In this document: in pieces, positions 1 through 10,951 of the stretch
How positions within the stretch are numbered: the first letter of the stretch is position 1
Layout: every line of letters starts with the position of its first letter
DNA from: Coniocarpon cinnabarinum
Taxonomy: Eukaryota
NCBI GenBank assembly: GCA_051942205.1
Contig: JAVECO010000192.1
Location: 1-41,765 of the forward strand
Length of the DNA stretch: 41,765 nucleotides
Reading direction: 5' to 3'
Notes under the pieces: model-generated
Database searches by the model: none
What the model was told of the DNA's origin: nothing
The model's input: the letters and a program-made list of their open reading frames with translations, nothing else
Translations under genes and position numbers: made by a program

Positions 1-535
1 GAGGGTGTTGAGGGTGTTGAGGGTGTTGCTTCTAGTACGGGGAAGGGATTTGGTAGGGAGGGTGTTAGATCTGATGCGGAGGGGAAGGAGAAAGAGGAAG
101 GGAAGAAGAAAAGAGAGGGTAAGAGTGGTATAGTGGACAGGAGGGGATCCGGTGAAAGAGGCGAAGAGGCTTTGACGTTTAAAGCCATCAAGGGTAACGC
201 AATATGGTGGCGCAACTTACACTCGAACGGGAGTGTCGACTGGTTCGTCTCACTTCCCTCTTTCCACTTCCCTCTTTCCACTTCCCTCCTCTCACTTCCC
301 TTCTCTTACTCCATCTTCCATCGTTTTCCATCCCTGTACCCTTCCAGGCAACTACCACTCATCCACTACAGTCTTGCTAGGCAAAACCACAATCCAAGAA
401 TGTGTGCATGTACAAGAAAGCAGTACTGACCAAGACAGGCGGATGCAACATGCAGGACTACCGGTACGAGAAGATCATAAGATTGGGTTGAGTATGTTTT
501 CACGATGTTTTCATGATGTTCTCATTTTTTCATGA
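1..535 (+). CDS. Prolyl 4-hydroxylase-like 2OG-Fe(II) oxygenase, 3' part (5' end outside window); exons <1-242, 439-535
   Basis: Frame 1 is open from base 1 to ...LTFKAIKGNAIWWRNLHSNGSVD; intron 243-438 (GTTCGT...CTGAC...CAG) joins it to W-RMQHAGLPVREDHKIGLSMF. The F.P..GNA.FW.NL...HAGLPV..G.K.GL pattern matches the P4H catalytic C-terminus (distal His and 2OG-binding Lys). Confidence 0.75.
250..300 (+). repeat. Pyrimidine-rich ~14-bp tandem repeat (CACTTCCCTCTTTC)n inside the P4H intron
   Basis: About 3.5 imperfect copies read directly at 251-300. Confidence 0.7.
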
Positions 536-973
536 TTTCATGATCTCATGAGCACGAATAGAACGAATAGGACGAGGCTGACATGCATAGATGTTTGGAC
601 GAGAGTCAAAGTACCTGAGACATGAAGTATCTGAGACGTGAAATGCAGAGGACTGATCGTCCTTCGAGGACGACGTTGGGGGTTGCGTGGAAGCGGAGGA
701 CTCACAAGTGAGTACGTGGCAAGCAGAAGTGTGCATGACCTGTACGGCTCGATTTAGCTTTCGACACCGGAGATCAATTGCAGGAGATCGTCGTTGAAAT
801 GACAGGGTGAAGGATTACTCGAGAGAAGCCACAGCATGGTCTGGGACACACTGCAGGATGATCACAGAGAGCCTGCGTCTGCCAGTTGTGAATTGGCAGA
901 CGCATCCCACGTGCATCAATACTCTTGGAAAGGCATGTCATACCTTCTCAAACGTTCATGCATTCATGAGCCA

Positions 974-2001
974 TCAAATCTTCGCACTCCTCCCCACAAT
1001 CCCATCAGCCCGCTCACCCACCTCTTCCGCAGGCGTGCTCTTTGCCCCTTGCATCTCTCTCCTCGCTCCACTAACCACGCCCTCATCAAGCTCACTACAC
1101 ATGAGAATACACGTATCCCTCAGCGCGGGCATGCGAAACCTCCGATTGACCTCCTGATAGTCCTGACTGCCCGCCATGTCGCAAAAGTGTTCTAGACTGG
1201 GATAATGCGCCAGCGCAATCTCCTCCCACTCGCCGTTCAGCTTTTCTTCGCCCTTTGAGGGTGACACAACTTTGCCTACGATCTTGGCGGTGCCACCGCG
1301 TCTCTTGCCGATGCTCTCGGCGAAGGCCTTGCCGTAGGCGTTGTAGCTTTCATGGGCTTTGTCTTTGGGGTGGCCGAATGCGAGGAGATTCAACATGCTG
1401 ACAGCGCCTTTGCCTTTGGTACCTTGGTGGCGCCAGTATCTGAGACACCAGTCTCGGAGCTCTTGCGTGAGTTCCAAGTTTTGACCGTCGGATGTGAGCA
1501 TGGGACGATCGAGTGTGCCAGTCAGCGGTGGCGGTGCGGATGACGGATGCAGGATTTCATGATTATTTTGTTTAAAGCTCTCGAGGACTGCACTGGGTAC
1601 ACCGGCGGTGAGCGTGTAGCGGGCGCGAATGTGGCGGTCGAGCTTGGTTGGGAGTGCTGATGTGCCGGGGAAGATGAGCAGGAGGTCCCATTGAGTCGCG
1701 CAGGTGGAAACGCTCGAAGTCTTGGATGTGGTATAAACCTGGGCAGAAGCTGCAGGGTTGGAGAGGGGATCAACGAGGCGAGATGTCTCGATGTTGGAAG
1801 GCGTAATGATCCATCGAATGGGTTTGGCGGTCACGAGTGGTTGACTGGAGGTTGTGGAGGCATAAAGATCTGTGAGAACTGTGACACGTCAGACTAAAAC
1901 TTTGCTTGATGGTGCATGAATGCAAGGAGATTGGCCATACATTGGGGGATTGCGTGCGACGAAGGATGCAAGGCAAGCAGATGCAGCGTGCACAGCGGCA
2001 T
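974..2001 (-). CDS. Conserved fungal protein with C-terminal dimeric alpha/beta-barrel (DUF1330-like) region; exons 2001-1941, 1878-974
   Basis: ATG at 2001 gives MPLCTLHLLALHP; intron 1940-1879 (GTATGG...CTGAC...CAG) joins in frame to the 286-aa ORF containing VSMLNLLAF...YGKAF...GGTAKIVG...WEEIALAHYPSLEHFCDM..S.DYQ. Confidence 0.75.
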
Positions 2002-2229
2002 CGTCAATCGTGTTGGATCTGTACGTCGTACAGTACGCAAGAATGCCCAAGTTTGTCGTCGTCGTCGTCGTTGTCAAGTGGAGTTTGTGATACTGAAGAT
2101 GCGCAGGACGGAGTTTAGGAGGAGTGATGCCGTTGTGCCGTTGCCGAGGTTTCGTTAGTACCATGGTTCAGAGCGGATAACGACCCGATGTCCTGGCAGA
2201 TGGTAAGTCCGGAGTTAAGTCCTTATGCA

Positions 2230-2676
2230 TCACGTGCCCTTGAGGTTCTCGTCTTTGTTGTGCACGATGGTACTCATTGCAATACGGTCCAGTCCACGTT
2301 GATCGGCTTGTGTGATCCTTCTGCCACCCTTCTACTCGTCTTGTTCAAGGATGCCGATTTTCTCCAGACTCTGCATGACCTTGCGATCGACACTTCCTGA
2401 AGCATCAACATGGTGTGACGACCTCGAGTCACGGTTCTTCTGGGCGCCATGGACTTTTCGTAACCGGCCAACACCCACAGTCTTGCGGAGATAGACACGA
2501 CGTGCGATCGCTGCGGCGCGGATGTATTACCAGTCCATAATTTGAGGTGGAAGCTCTCTCATAGACACAGAGTTGACAGTGTCCACTCAGCCTGAGATCA
2601 AGAGCCTGCTTTGTCGTTTTGAGGAAGCAGCGTGAGCATCAACGACCTCAATGTCGCTCAATCCAATGCCTGGCAT
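2230..2676 (-). pseudogene. RPS19: 40S ribosomal protein S19 (eS19) pseudogene, intronless, three in-frame stops
   Basis: Manual minus-strand translation: MPGIGLSDIEVVDAHAASSKRQSRLLISG*VDTVNSVSMRELPPQIMDW*YIRAAAIARRVYLRKTVGVGRLRKVHGAQKNRDSRSSHHVDASGSVDRKVMQSLEKIGILEQDE*KGGRRITQADQRGLDRIAM... This is clearly fungal eS19. Stops at 2589-2587 (TGA), 2529-2527 (TAA), 2334-2332 (TAG). Confidence 0.93.
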
Positions 2677-3412
2677 TATTTCGGAGATACTACGCACACT
2701 GCAGAGCTTGGAAAGTGCGAGTTGGAAAGTGCGAGTCATGCCTCCAAAATGGTTGTTAATTTGGCCAGGGGGTGCTGGGAAGTGTTAGACGCGTTGCTGG
2801 TAGTTGTATCAAGTGTCGATGTAGTCGGATTAATCGTAAGCTGTGCCGACTGTGTTCGTGTAGCTGATTTGACAATGTTGCTGCAACAAGGGTCGAAGTT
2901 TGTGCATCACCTCAATGTAGCCGCATGCTGTGTGGGTCAATGGTACCTCCGGCATCGCGTGCTACGTGTGGTGTGCAAGTTGGAGGAGGCGGTTTCATAG
3001 AGACTCAGGCTCCCGAGACCATACTCTGTGAGCTCTCCGCGTGACGGCGATGGCGCTGTCGCAGCAGCTAACAGAGAAGCGAAATCTGCCAATGCATGAA
3101 GCCGATGGTCACGAAACTCAATGTCGTCCACTCAGCATCTGACGATCGAGTGGCAGAAGAAAGGGAAGCTCGAGAGTATTTTAGCGCCCGGCAATGACTG
3201 TCGTTTCTGTTGTGTGACCGAACACATAGCCCCGCAGGATCCGAGATCGAGGTTAGCAACACCTAGAAGGTAAGACATTCACCTGCATCGATCGTGTGAT
3301 ATCCTTCTCTCATGCGTGTGAAGCAGCAACTAATGCGGCTATCACACACTCTGCGGTACTTCGTGCACCAGTCACGTCACGTGAGGAGCGACCGAACAAC
3401 CTTGTGCTCAGC

Positions 3413-4768
3413 TTACCTTTGCAGTAATGCTTTCAACCCATCGAACGCCGCTTGAGCATACGATGAGAAGGAAGAGTCTTCTCGCAGCCACCAAGCAAGA
3501 AATGCAATGGCTACAGCGAACCCAACTGATTGTGCTGGCCGTCTATAAGTCTTCACAAGCCGTCCTAGATTGATGACTTGTTCATCCCTCTTGCGCTTTC
3601 TTTCCTGCTGCTGGAACCATACCTTCCCCTGCTCAAAGGACTGAGCTTGTAATGCTTTCAGATCTGAGGCTGTCTCCAAGACGCTAGCCTTGTGGATATC
3701 TTTGCAAGGATTGCTGGGTAGACTCTGCGGAGGATGCGACCCATAGAGCTCCAAGGTATGTTTGATCAAGGCTTCCAGATCTAACGGTGAGGGCAGCTTC
3801 GACAATATTGCATGCAACATCTCGGGCTCGTCGTCTTCAACGTGCAAAAGCTCCTGCTTGCGACCGATCACCACTGTTGCAAACAAGTAGATAGGCATGC
3901 TCGCAGGCTGAGCTAAGAAGAAGTCGAACAGTCGGGCTATATCAGCATATTCTTCGATTTCGTGAGCGTAAAGGGTCAGAGTCGCAGGCAATGCGAAGAA
4001 CGGCTGTGTGTCGGAAAGCCGTTGTTCAAGTTCGGGCTCGACCACGCGAACAATAGGGAGAAGCAGCTTCAGGTGCACCACTGCACCCGCCAAGGTTGGA
4101 AGCATGAAGTCTCGAATTCGTAGGACAGACAATCTCGCGACTGCGTTTGTTGCTTTCTCCCGGCCGAGAACGAGCAGTAGGACTTGAACAATGTCGTGAT
4201 AGCCTTGAAAATAACGTAGGTAGGGATGTTCTCGCAATGTTTGAATAATAAGTGAGCCAAGTTCTTGTCTTCGAACAGCAATTTGGCGGTCTCCATCGCC
4301 TATGGGGAAAGGCCGTAAGTATTCAGGTGCCTATGTGACCGTGATGCCAAAGCAACTGACTATCTGGATCGTACACATAGGATCGGCCAACATCAAGGCC
4401 AACTTGGTCCTCATCTGGATGCTCAGGTAGAGATTGCCAATGAAGTCCAGTGCCTATTTTTGCATTGGTCGTACCGAGGTTCTCCCATGTCATAAGCGTG
4501 TCATCTTCGCAGCCAAGTAAGATAGGCCCTAGCGTAGCAAGGCATGGGTTAGATCACGTATCCTAATACATTGAGCACAGCTTGGAGACCTACAAGCTTT
4601 GCGCCTGCATGCATCATTGACGAGGCCTTCCGGGGATGTTGCCAGGTCGACCAAGCCAGCAATATCTTGCTCGGAGCAAGCGCTTCTGATTTTCTCAATT
4701 TTTCCCGAAGTTGAGGGACCGGTCGTTATGTTGTTGAGTGATTGCTCAGCATTGCTATCGTTGGACAT
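3413..4768 (-). CDS. GYP8: Rab-GAP TBC domain protein, GYP8/TBC1D20 family; exons 4768-4594, 4528-4361, 4299-3413
   Basis: Spliced product has RRKAWPILLG, HPDEDQVGLDVGRS, LRYFQGYHDIVQVLLLV, LRIRDFM, PFFAL...LTLYAHEIE and a C-terminal TM helix. Introns 4593-4529 and 4360-4300 are GT-AG and keep the frame. Confidence 0.9.
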
Positions 4769-4959
4769 CGCGCACGAGAGCAAAAAAATGTATTGTCTTC
4801 ATCGATGGAAATGGCTGAGTGTTCATTCAGCTCGCGCCAGCGCACGCTGCAAGATGATGACTTTCAGGAGTCAACGTCTCAGAAGCAAACGCTGTGCAGA
4901 TTATATCAGTGCAATGATTACGACTGCCTACCTCACTGGCAGATATAGGCTAGCGAGGC

Positions 4960-6710
4960 GCTAGTCCACCTTTGGAAACGCTTGGAATAGGTACTTCTCC
5001 CCCACAAACCCCAAAAATTCCTAAGTAGTTCGTGATGTGTTTTAGCATTTCATGCACAATACTCCGTACTGTATCATTCATTGGCGGCTGATCGCGGCTG
5101 CAAGCATATCGCGGCCGGCACTGGGCTCGGTGAAGTCCCGCGGTTCCGGCTGTGCATGAGGAGCATGACATTCCTTGCCAGCTGCGTCGATGCCCTAAAA
5201 AATAAGTTTTACAAACAGGTACCTTGGCCCCGGACCACACGCATCTCGGTGCTGGGGAGCTTGAGCTCCTCCACCGGGTCCACCGGCAGCAGGTGTTGGT
5301 CAGCCTCCGCGCGCGGAAGACAGCTCCGCCGTGTATTGATTGTCGCATTGTATGGAGTAAATTGACCGGATGAAGTCTGCGGCGAGCAAGGGTGTGTGCA
5401 GGCTGGAGGAGGTGCTGCGGGACGGAGTGTCGCCTGAACCGGGCCAGACATTGCCAGACATTGCCTACCAGACCCGATAGCCTGTGTCGCGGAACAGAGG
5501 GACAGAGGGGACTGCGAGCAACGGCAGTCGCACGCGCCCCCTGCCTTTTGGGTGTCAGTCGGAGAGGGCCCTATTGGACGTGGCGCGTGGGCTTTTGACA
5601 GGGCGGGCTTGGATGCGTCATTTTTCCTGGTTTGAAGCTCGGGCTTCAGGAGCTGAAGTAGGTACTGCGTAGTTGGGAGGGAGTCGTCTCCAGGCAGAAG
5701 ACGCAGCGCCTGGGGGAGCTGGGCGGTCAGGCTGTGAATGGGAAGGGAGCCAGTGCAGGCGACGAATGGCGTGGAGCGAGTCCACCGACGACTGACCGCT
5801 GCAGTCGAGTCGACATACCTACCTCTCCTCCCCTCCGGCTCGCGACACTGACTGCCCGACTGACTGCTGCCCTGCCCCCGATCACGACCGCCATGGCCAT
5901 CGCGCCCTGGCCCGACTTGCTGCACCCCGATGGGCAGAATGCGGTGACTTGCATGCACCCCGATATACCTATACCTACACGATGCAGCATCCACGCCGCA
6001 GCTCTGATGACGAGGCCTCGCGGTGCATGCTCCGTCCTGTGCTCTCGTCTCCGTAGTGCGCAAGTCGGCGTGCGCAGTGGGCACTGGCGGACGCTCCCGC
6101 TGCATATGGGACCTGTTGCCTCGCGTGAGCGTCCCTCCACTCCCTCCATTCTCATTCGTCCAACCGCCCAAGCCTGCTCGACGTCCTCTCTCTTTGCTGC
6201 TCCCCACGTCGTCCACTTTCTTGAGACAGCTCGACACAGCAAATACTCACCGTCGGCAGAATCCAGCTTTGCACCCTCTCCCTCACCCGCCCTCGGACTC
6301 AAGATCGTCAAGACACAGACAAGATGCGCACGAGTGCTCCTTGAATCTCGGCCTGATTGTGCGCCTGATTTGACTGCATCTCGGCATCCACGTCCCTAGC
6401 TGCCACCTCCCTGCAACTTTGTCTCGCTCGTCGCCGCTCCTTCCCTTGATCAGCTTTTTCAAGTGCCGACGGACCTGTGCGTAGGCCATTTTCCCCTGCA
6501 GCTGACTTCTGTTTTACGCAAAGGCTCCCAGGCGACACCCTCAGTCAGCCTGTTTTTCACCGTTCCGTCCCCTGCTCCCAGACGTAACTGCGTGGCAATT
6601 TTCATGCTTATAAAATCGCGGTACCGACGCTGTCCGGTCTTGCTCATCTTCTCATATGTATGGCTTGAGGCAAGTCACCTAACAACGTTTTCTCATGGGT
6701 CACGTGAGAT
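4960..6710. ncRNA. Candidate long structured non-coding RNA (telomerase-RNA-like hypothesis)
   Basis: No credible protein; several perfect 8-9 bp complementary pairs and local hairpins; an orphan branch site at 6679-6683. The canonical TAACCCTAA template was not found on either strand. See findings. Confidence 0.3.
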
Positions 6711-6738
6711 CTAAATGCTTCGTTGAGAAGCTCACGAG

Positions 6739-9700
6739 ATGCTTGAGCCCCGACACAACTCTGTTCAGTCCATCATGAGGTCTTCACCCTTAGCAGAAGC
6801 CCCACAGCTTGCTCTTCTATCCACCACGGTATTCCAGAGTCCTGAAGTCCTCTCGGTATTCCCCGTCCAGATCCGGCACCCAGGCCATCACGACATTGCC
6901 TTCATTGGCCAACGCTATGTTCACATCAAAGAGACCATCCACTCTACTGGCCACCTCCAACATGTTGCTATTCGAAGCGACTTCGATAGCGAGATCAGGG
7001 CTGCCGCAGTCTTCGGCAACGCCATTATCGAAGGAGATCGTTCGACAAGGGCTCCTTCGACCATCAGCAATCCTCAACGTATCGGACAGCAGCACAGTCC
7101 TTTCCCTCCCCAAGGTCTCTTGCTTGCTTTAGAGTCTGCAAAGATTGTGTTCTTGACGATGGTTCGATCCAAATCAACTGCGGAATACGAATTTGAAACT
7201 TCTTCCATGATCTTGCCTAACCTAGGCGCGAACGTCCCCGTCAACCGATCTTTTCCGGATTCACTTCGGGATATACTTTCAGTTGCCGTAGACCTGCAAA
7301 GTCGGGCGTTCGCGCTCATGCTGCGCACTGGCCGCATATTTTTCTGTGGCTGCAACAGTCAGCGTGGCACCGTCTTTCCTACGGCTTCTAGGTTCAATTA
7401 TCAAGGACTGATTGAAACGGACATTCACATTTCGAAAGCCGAGTTCTTACTGTCACCCCCGAATCATGACCATGAAGCTCACCTTCTTGTCACTGGCACC
7501 GATGGTCGGCGACCTGCTGTGAAACTGTTCGTGTGGCAGCAAAATGGCAATGAGGCCCCAGTCGAGCTCAAATTGACGCCCCCTAAAGCTTTTTTTGACT
7601 GTATGTGATGACTCACCTATTGGAAAGGCCTCAATCAATCTGACTCTCGATCTAGGCCATAGAATGCCGCAATTACTCATTCCCCTCATGCGCTCGCCTT
7701 GTGCTTTCATATTAGCTTGCCAACAAACCATCTCAGTATACGCAGATGCGCACCTCGGCCATCTAAAACTCATCTACGCGAAACCTGCGCATCAATTTGA
7801 CGCAAACTTCCCAACACAAGTGCATCCTGGCATCAGCCCTGCTCGGCCTCTTTGGAGAGGATGGTGCCGGCCTCGTAGAAGGATGTTTGATAATCCTCTG
7901 CGAAGTGAAGACGTCTACCTGGCCAGGGAGGACGGTGCGATTGCCCTGTTCCAGATCGAAAGGGAAAGGCCGTTTCCCTCAACGCATTTCGTGGGCAGCA
8001 TGCCATGCATGATACACAGCGCTTTTAGCAACAGTGATTGGAGGTTGGATGGTCCCGACGGAGTCGTGTGTTGTGGCTGCCACTCAGATGGGGGACTATT
8101 CCAAACGGTGAGCATCTTGCAAAGAAGCATAAATACTACTCACACACACTTAGGGGACGAATCCTAATCGCAAACGACGTGGAGATGCTTTACATTTAAC
8201 GCAAACTGAAACTATCTTCAACTGGGCCCCATTTCTCGACCTCTCTTTTTGCGCAGCTAGGAGATCGTCGGCGCGGTCGAATTCAATCAGCACTGCCCCT
8301 GGCGTTTTAGTAGGGACCTCGGGACGAGAGCCTTACGGCGGTCTTTCTGAGCTACGTTTTGGATGCGAAGCTGCGATTGATTTGCAGATCGATACAGTTG
8401 AGCAAACAGATGCATCGCATGCCACCGCCGCTGTCCATCAAGGCTCGGACGATCTTACTGACATGCGAGGAGACTCACTCGAGATATCAAATGGTAGTCA
8501 TGCCATCAGCGCCTCTCAGGTATGGGGCTTCGAATTGGGCGATGGAAGAATGGCTGCACTTTTGTCCTCGCCGGTGCAATCTCTGCTCCTTGTCGTCCAC
8601 CCTCACAGTCCAAATGACACTCTGTCACTCCATCCGTGTGGCGATCAACTCCTGTCGGCTCGTAAGCTGACCGACATACCACGTCTCGATGATGCTGATA
8701 TCTTTTGCCACGTGGAACGCTCGAGGGTCTGCTTCGTGAAAATTGCACATGAAAGTGACACAGCTGAAATCGTTCATTCGCAGCATCTACCTGATGACTT
8801 TTCATTTGCTGCCATAGATACTGATCAAAGAACAGTATATGTCGCCGTGGTAAACGACAGAACTATCCAGTCTTTAATCTTCGACATTTCGGAAGAAGGG
8901 AAGATCATAGCCTCTCGATGTGTGAGGTCAGAGAACTTTGACCGTGTCCCGACGTGCGCGTGCCTTATCGATGAACCTGGAAAGAAGCCAGAGCAAAACA
9001 ATGTGCGAAAAATTGTTGCAGTGGGCACCACAGATCAGAGAGTGTATTTGAGCATGATGCACGGTGGGGAGTCTAACATGATGGCTGCCTTCCAGCTTGC
9101 CTCTGCTTTCAACGACCTTGAGCGACCCAATGAAGCTGTCTGCGCATCTATCGTGGCTCTAGGGGAAAACAAAGCTTCGGGATGCATGTGGATGGCGTGC
9201 GGTCTCAGGTCGGGACACTTGATTGTAATGGACCTCATTACTGGGACTGGCGAAATAAATGTTGGCCGGCCGCTTGTTCACAAACTTGGAAACAGCAGCA
9301 TCCAGCTGTCGGTTGAGGATTCATCCTCCAAAGCAATCATCGTTAGTTGTGACAACACAGCTCTTCGAGTAGATGTCAAATCGCTATATTCCAACGTTGA
9401 GTTTCCTGAGCGAAGATTTAATATTGATCAAATATGGCCAACCGACGTCAACAATCGGTCCCGAAAAATTCCCGTCTCACTAATGTCAGCCGCACAAAAA
9501 TCATCTTGCGGGTCGCCGCAACCAACCATCGTCGCTATATCCCCAGGACAAGTTCTCTTTGGCACGCTGGACACACATCCAAGGCCGCTTCCGCTTCGAC
9601 ATTCCTTGTCAGGGACCCCGCAGAGACTGCTTTTCTCGACCATCAACAACTGCTTCTTCGTCATCACAAACACAACATATACTCATAGGAGAGATCGGTA

Positions 9701-10951
9701 CATTGCCTGCCAGATCCTAGCCCTGCGAACTGACAATAACGCGACGAGACAATCGCAACCACTGCTGACTTGTCCCCCTGGGCGGTCAATTCTGTGCGTA
9801 ATAGAGTGGATTTTCGACCGCGATGGCAAGAGATATCCATTCTTAGTCGTTGGCACTGCTGATAAGAAGAAGGAAGGCGAACAGACCGGGTGCATCCAGT
9901 TCTTCAAGGTGCAAACAGAAGAACACAATGTTGTTGCTTTGCAATTAATAAAGTCTTACCAAGAGGAGGCACCCGTTTTTGGTATTTGTCAGTACGACAG
10001 GGAGACCTTAGTCTACTGTACGGGAAACAACGTCAAGAAAAGGATGTATCTGCCAGAGCTAGATCGGTAATTTCTTCTCTCCTCTAGGAAAGAAAATGTG
10101 CTAATCGAGTCTGCAGGGATCGCCGTGTTGAGCTCATGAGAGATACGGCCATTGCACAATTTGTGACTGCGCACCATCCGTACATTACCATTTCTTTTAC
10201 GCATGGCTCTGTAAGAACATATCGGTTGGAGGGTGATGAGCTTGAACTTATCGCAAGCGACAGCCAGGAGCGCAGAGGCTTATCTCACTTGCCACTTACT
10301 GAACACAAGCTTCTACTTGCAACAGATAAGGATGCTTCAGTCGTTGGTCTTCGCATTCCTTCTACTAATGCGCCAGATATCCCTCGTGCCCTTCTATTCA
10401 CCGCTAAGCTCCCGGCGTCTATCACTCGCATCTGCAAGGCCGAAGTGAGGCCTTTTTGGAAGAGGAATCAGCTATCAATAGCATGCGAGAGCCAGCTGAT
10501 TGGTACATCGCCAAATGGATCTGTCTTCGCGTTCTCTGTGGTACGACTGGCGACATGGAGGGTGCTGCGCTTCGTGCAGAACATGTGCTTGCGGCATCAG
10601 GATATATGTCCATTTTCTCCCCGCGCAGTATTCGAGCGAATGCACATTGAGCCGGCTTCCGCATCACCGTCCGACCGCCAGATAGACGGCGACGTCCTCA
10701 CAAGGCTTGTCAAACATCCTCGTGCCGAGGAAATCTTGGGAGAGATGCTCATGGTCCACCCGCAAAGGTCGGCTTCCAGCCGTCAAGCGGTCGACTTTGA
10801 CTCTCCCATGGCACGGCTGAGGCGTTTTCGAGAGCTTATCGAAGACATGGCGCAAGAGGATGTTGATGACGGGGAGCACCAGCATGCAAGAAGCGGCACG
10901 AAGGCTTTCACATTGCAAGTCATACGTCAGCTCACCGAGAATCCGTTCTAA
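6739..10951 (+). CDS. RSE1/DDB1/CPSF1-family beta-propeller protein (MMS1-like); exons 6739-7600, 7656-8107, 8154-10066, 10117-10951
   Basis: Four long ORFs join in frame through GT-AG introns 7601-7655, 8108-8153, 10067-10116. Motifs LLSTTVFQSP...IRHPGHHDIAFIG, NWAPFLD, TSGREPYGGLSELR, CGLRSG, PFLVVGT and the C-terminal QIDGDVL resemble this family. Start could be 6739 or 6775. Confidence 0.8.

Noticed and set aside
2230..2676. RPS19 copy as a functional gene rescued by A-to-I editing
   Set aside because: Editing would give Trp at positions where Tyr/Phe and Glu are expected, and many conserved residues are also substituted; decay is the simpler explanation.
5011..5019. AATTTTTGG on the minus strand as the Sm site of an snRNA
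   Set aside because: No U1/U2/U4/U5 signature nearby, and it may simply be part of the GYP8 promoter or leader; kept only as weak context for the lncRNA hypothesis.
5209..6399. Long overlapping ORFs 5209-6237 (-, 342 aa), 5734-6399 (+, 221 aa) and 5727-6311 (-, 194 aa) as protein genes
   Set aside because: Non-ATG starts, Arg/Pro/Ala/Ser-rich composition expected from GC-rich non-coding DNA, no recognisable motif, and several frames open at once.
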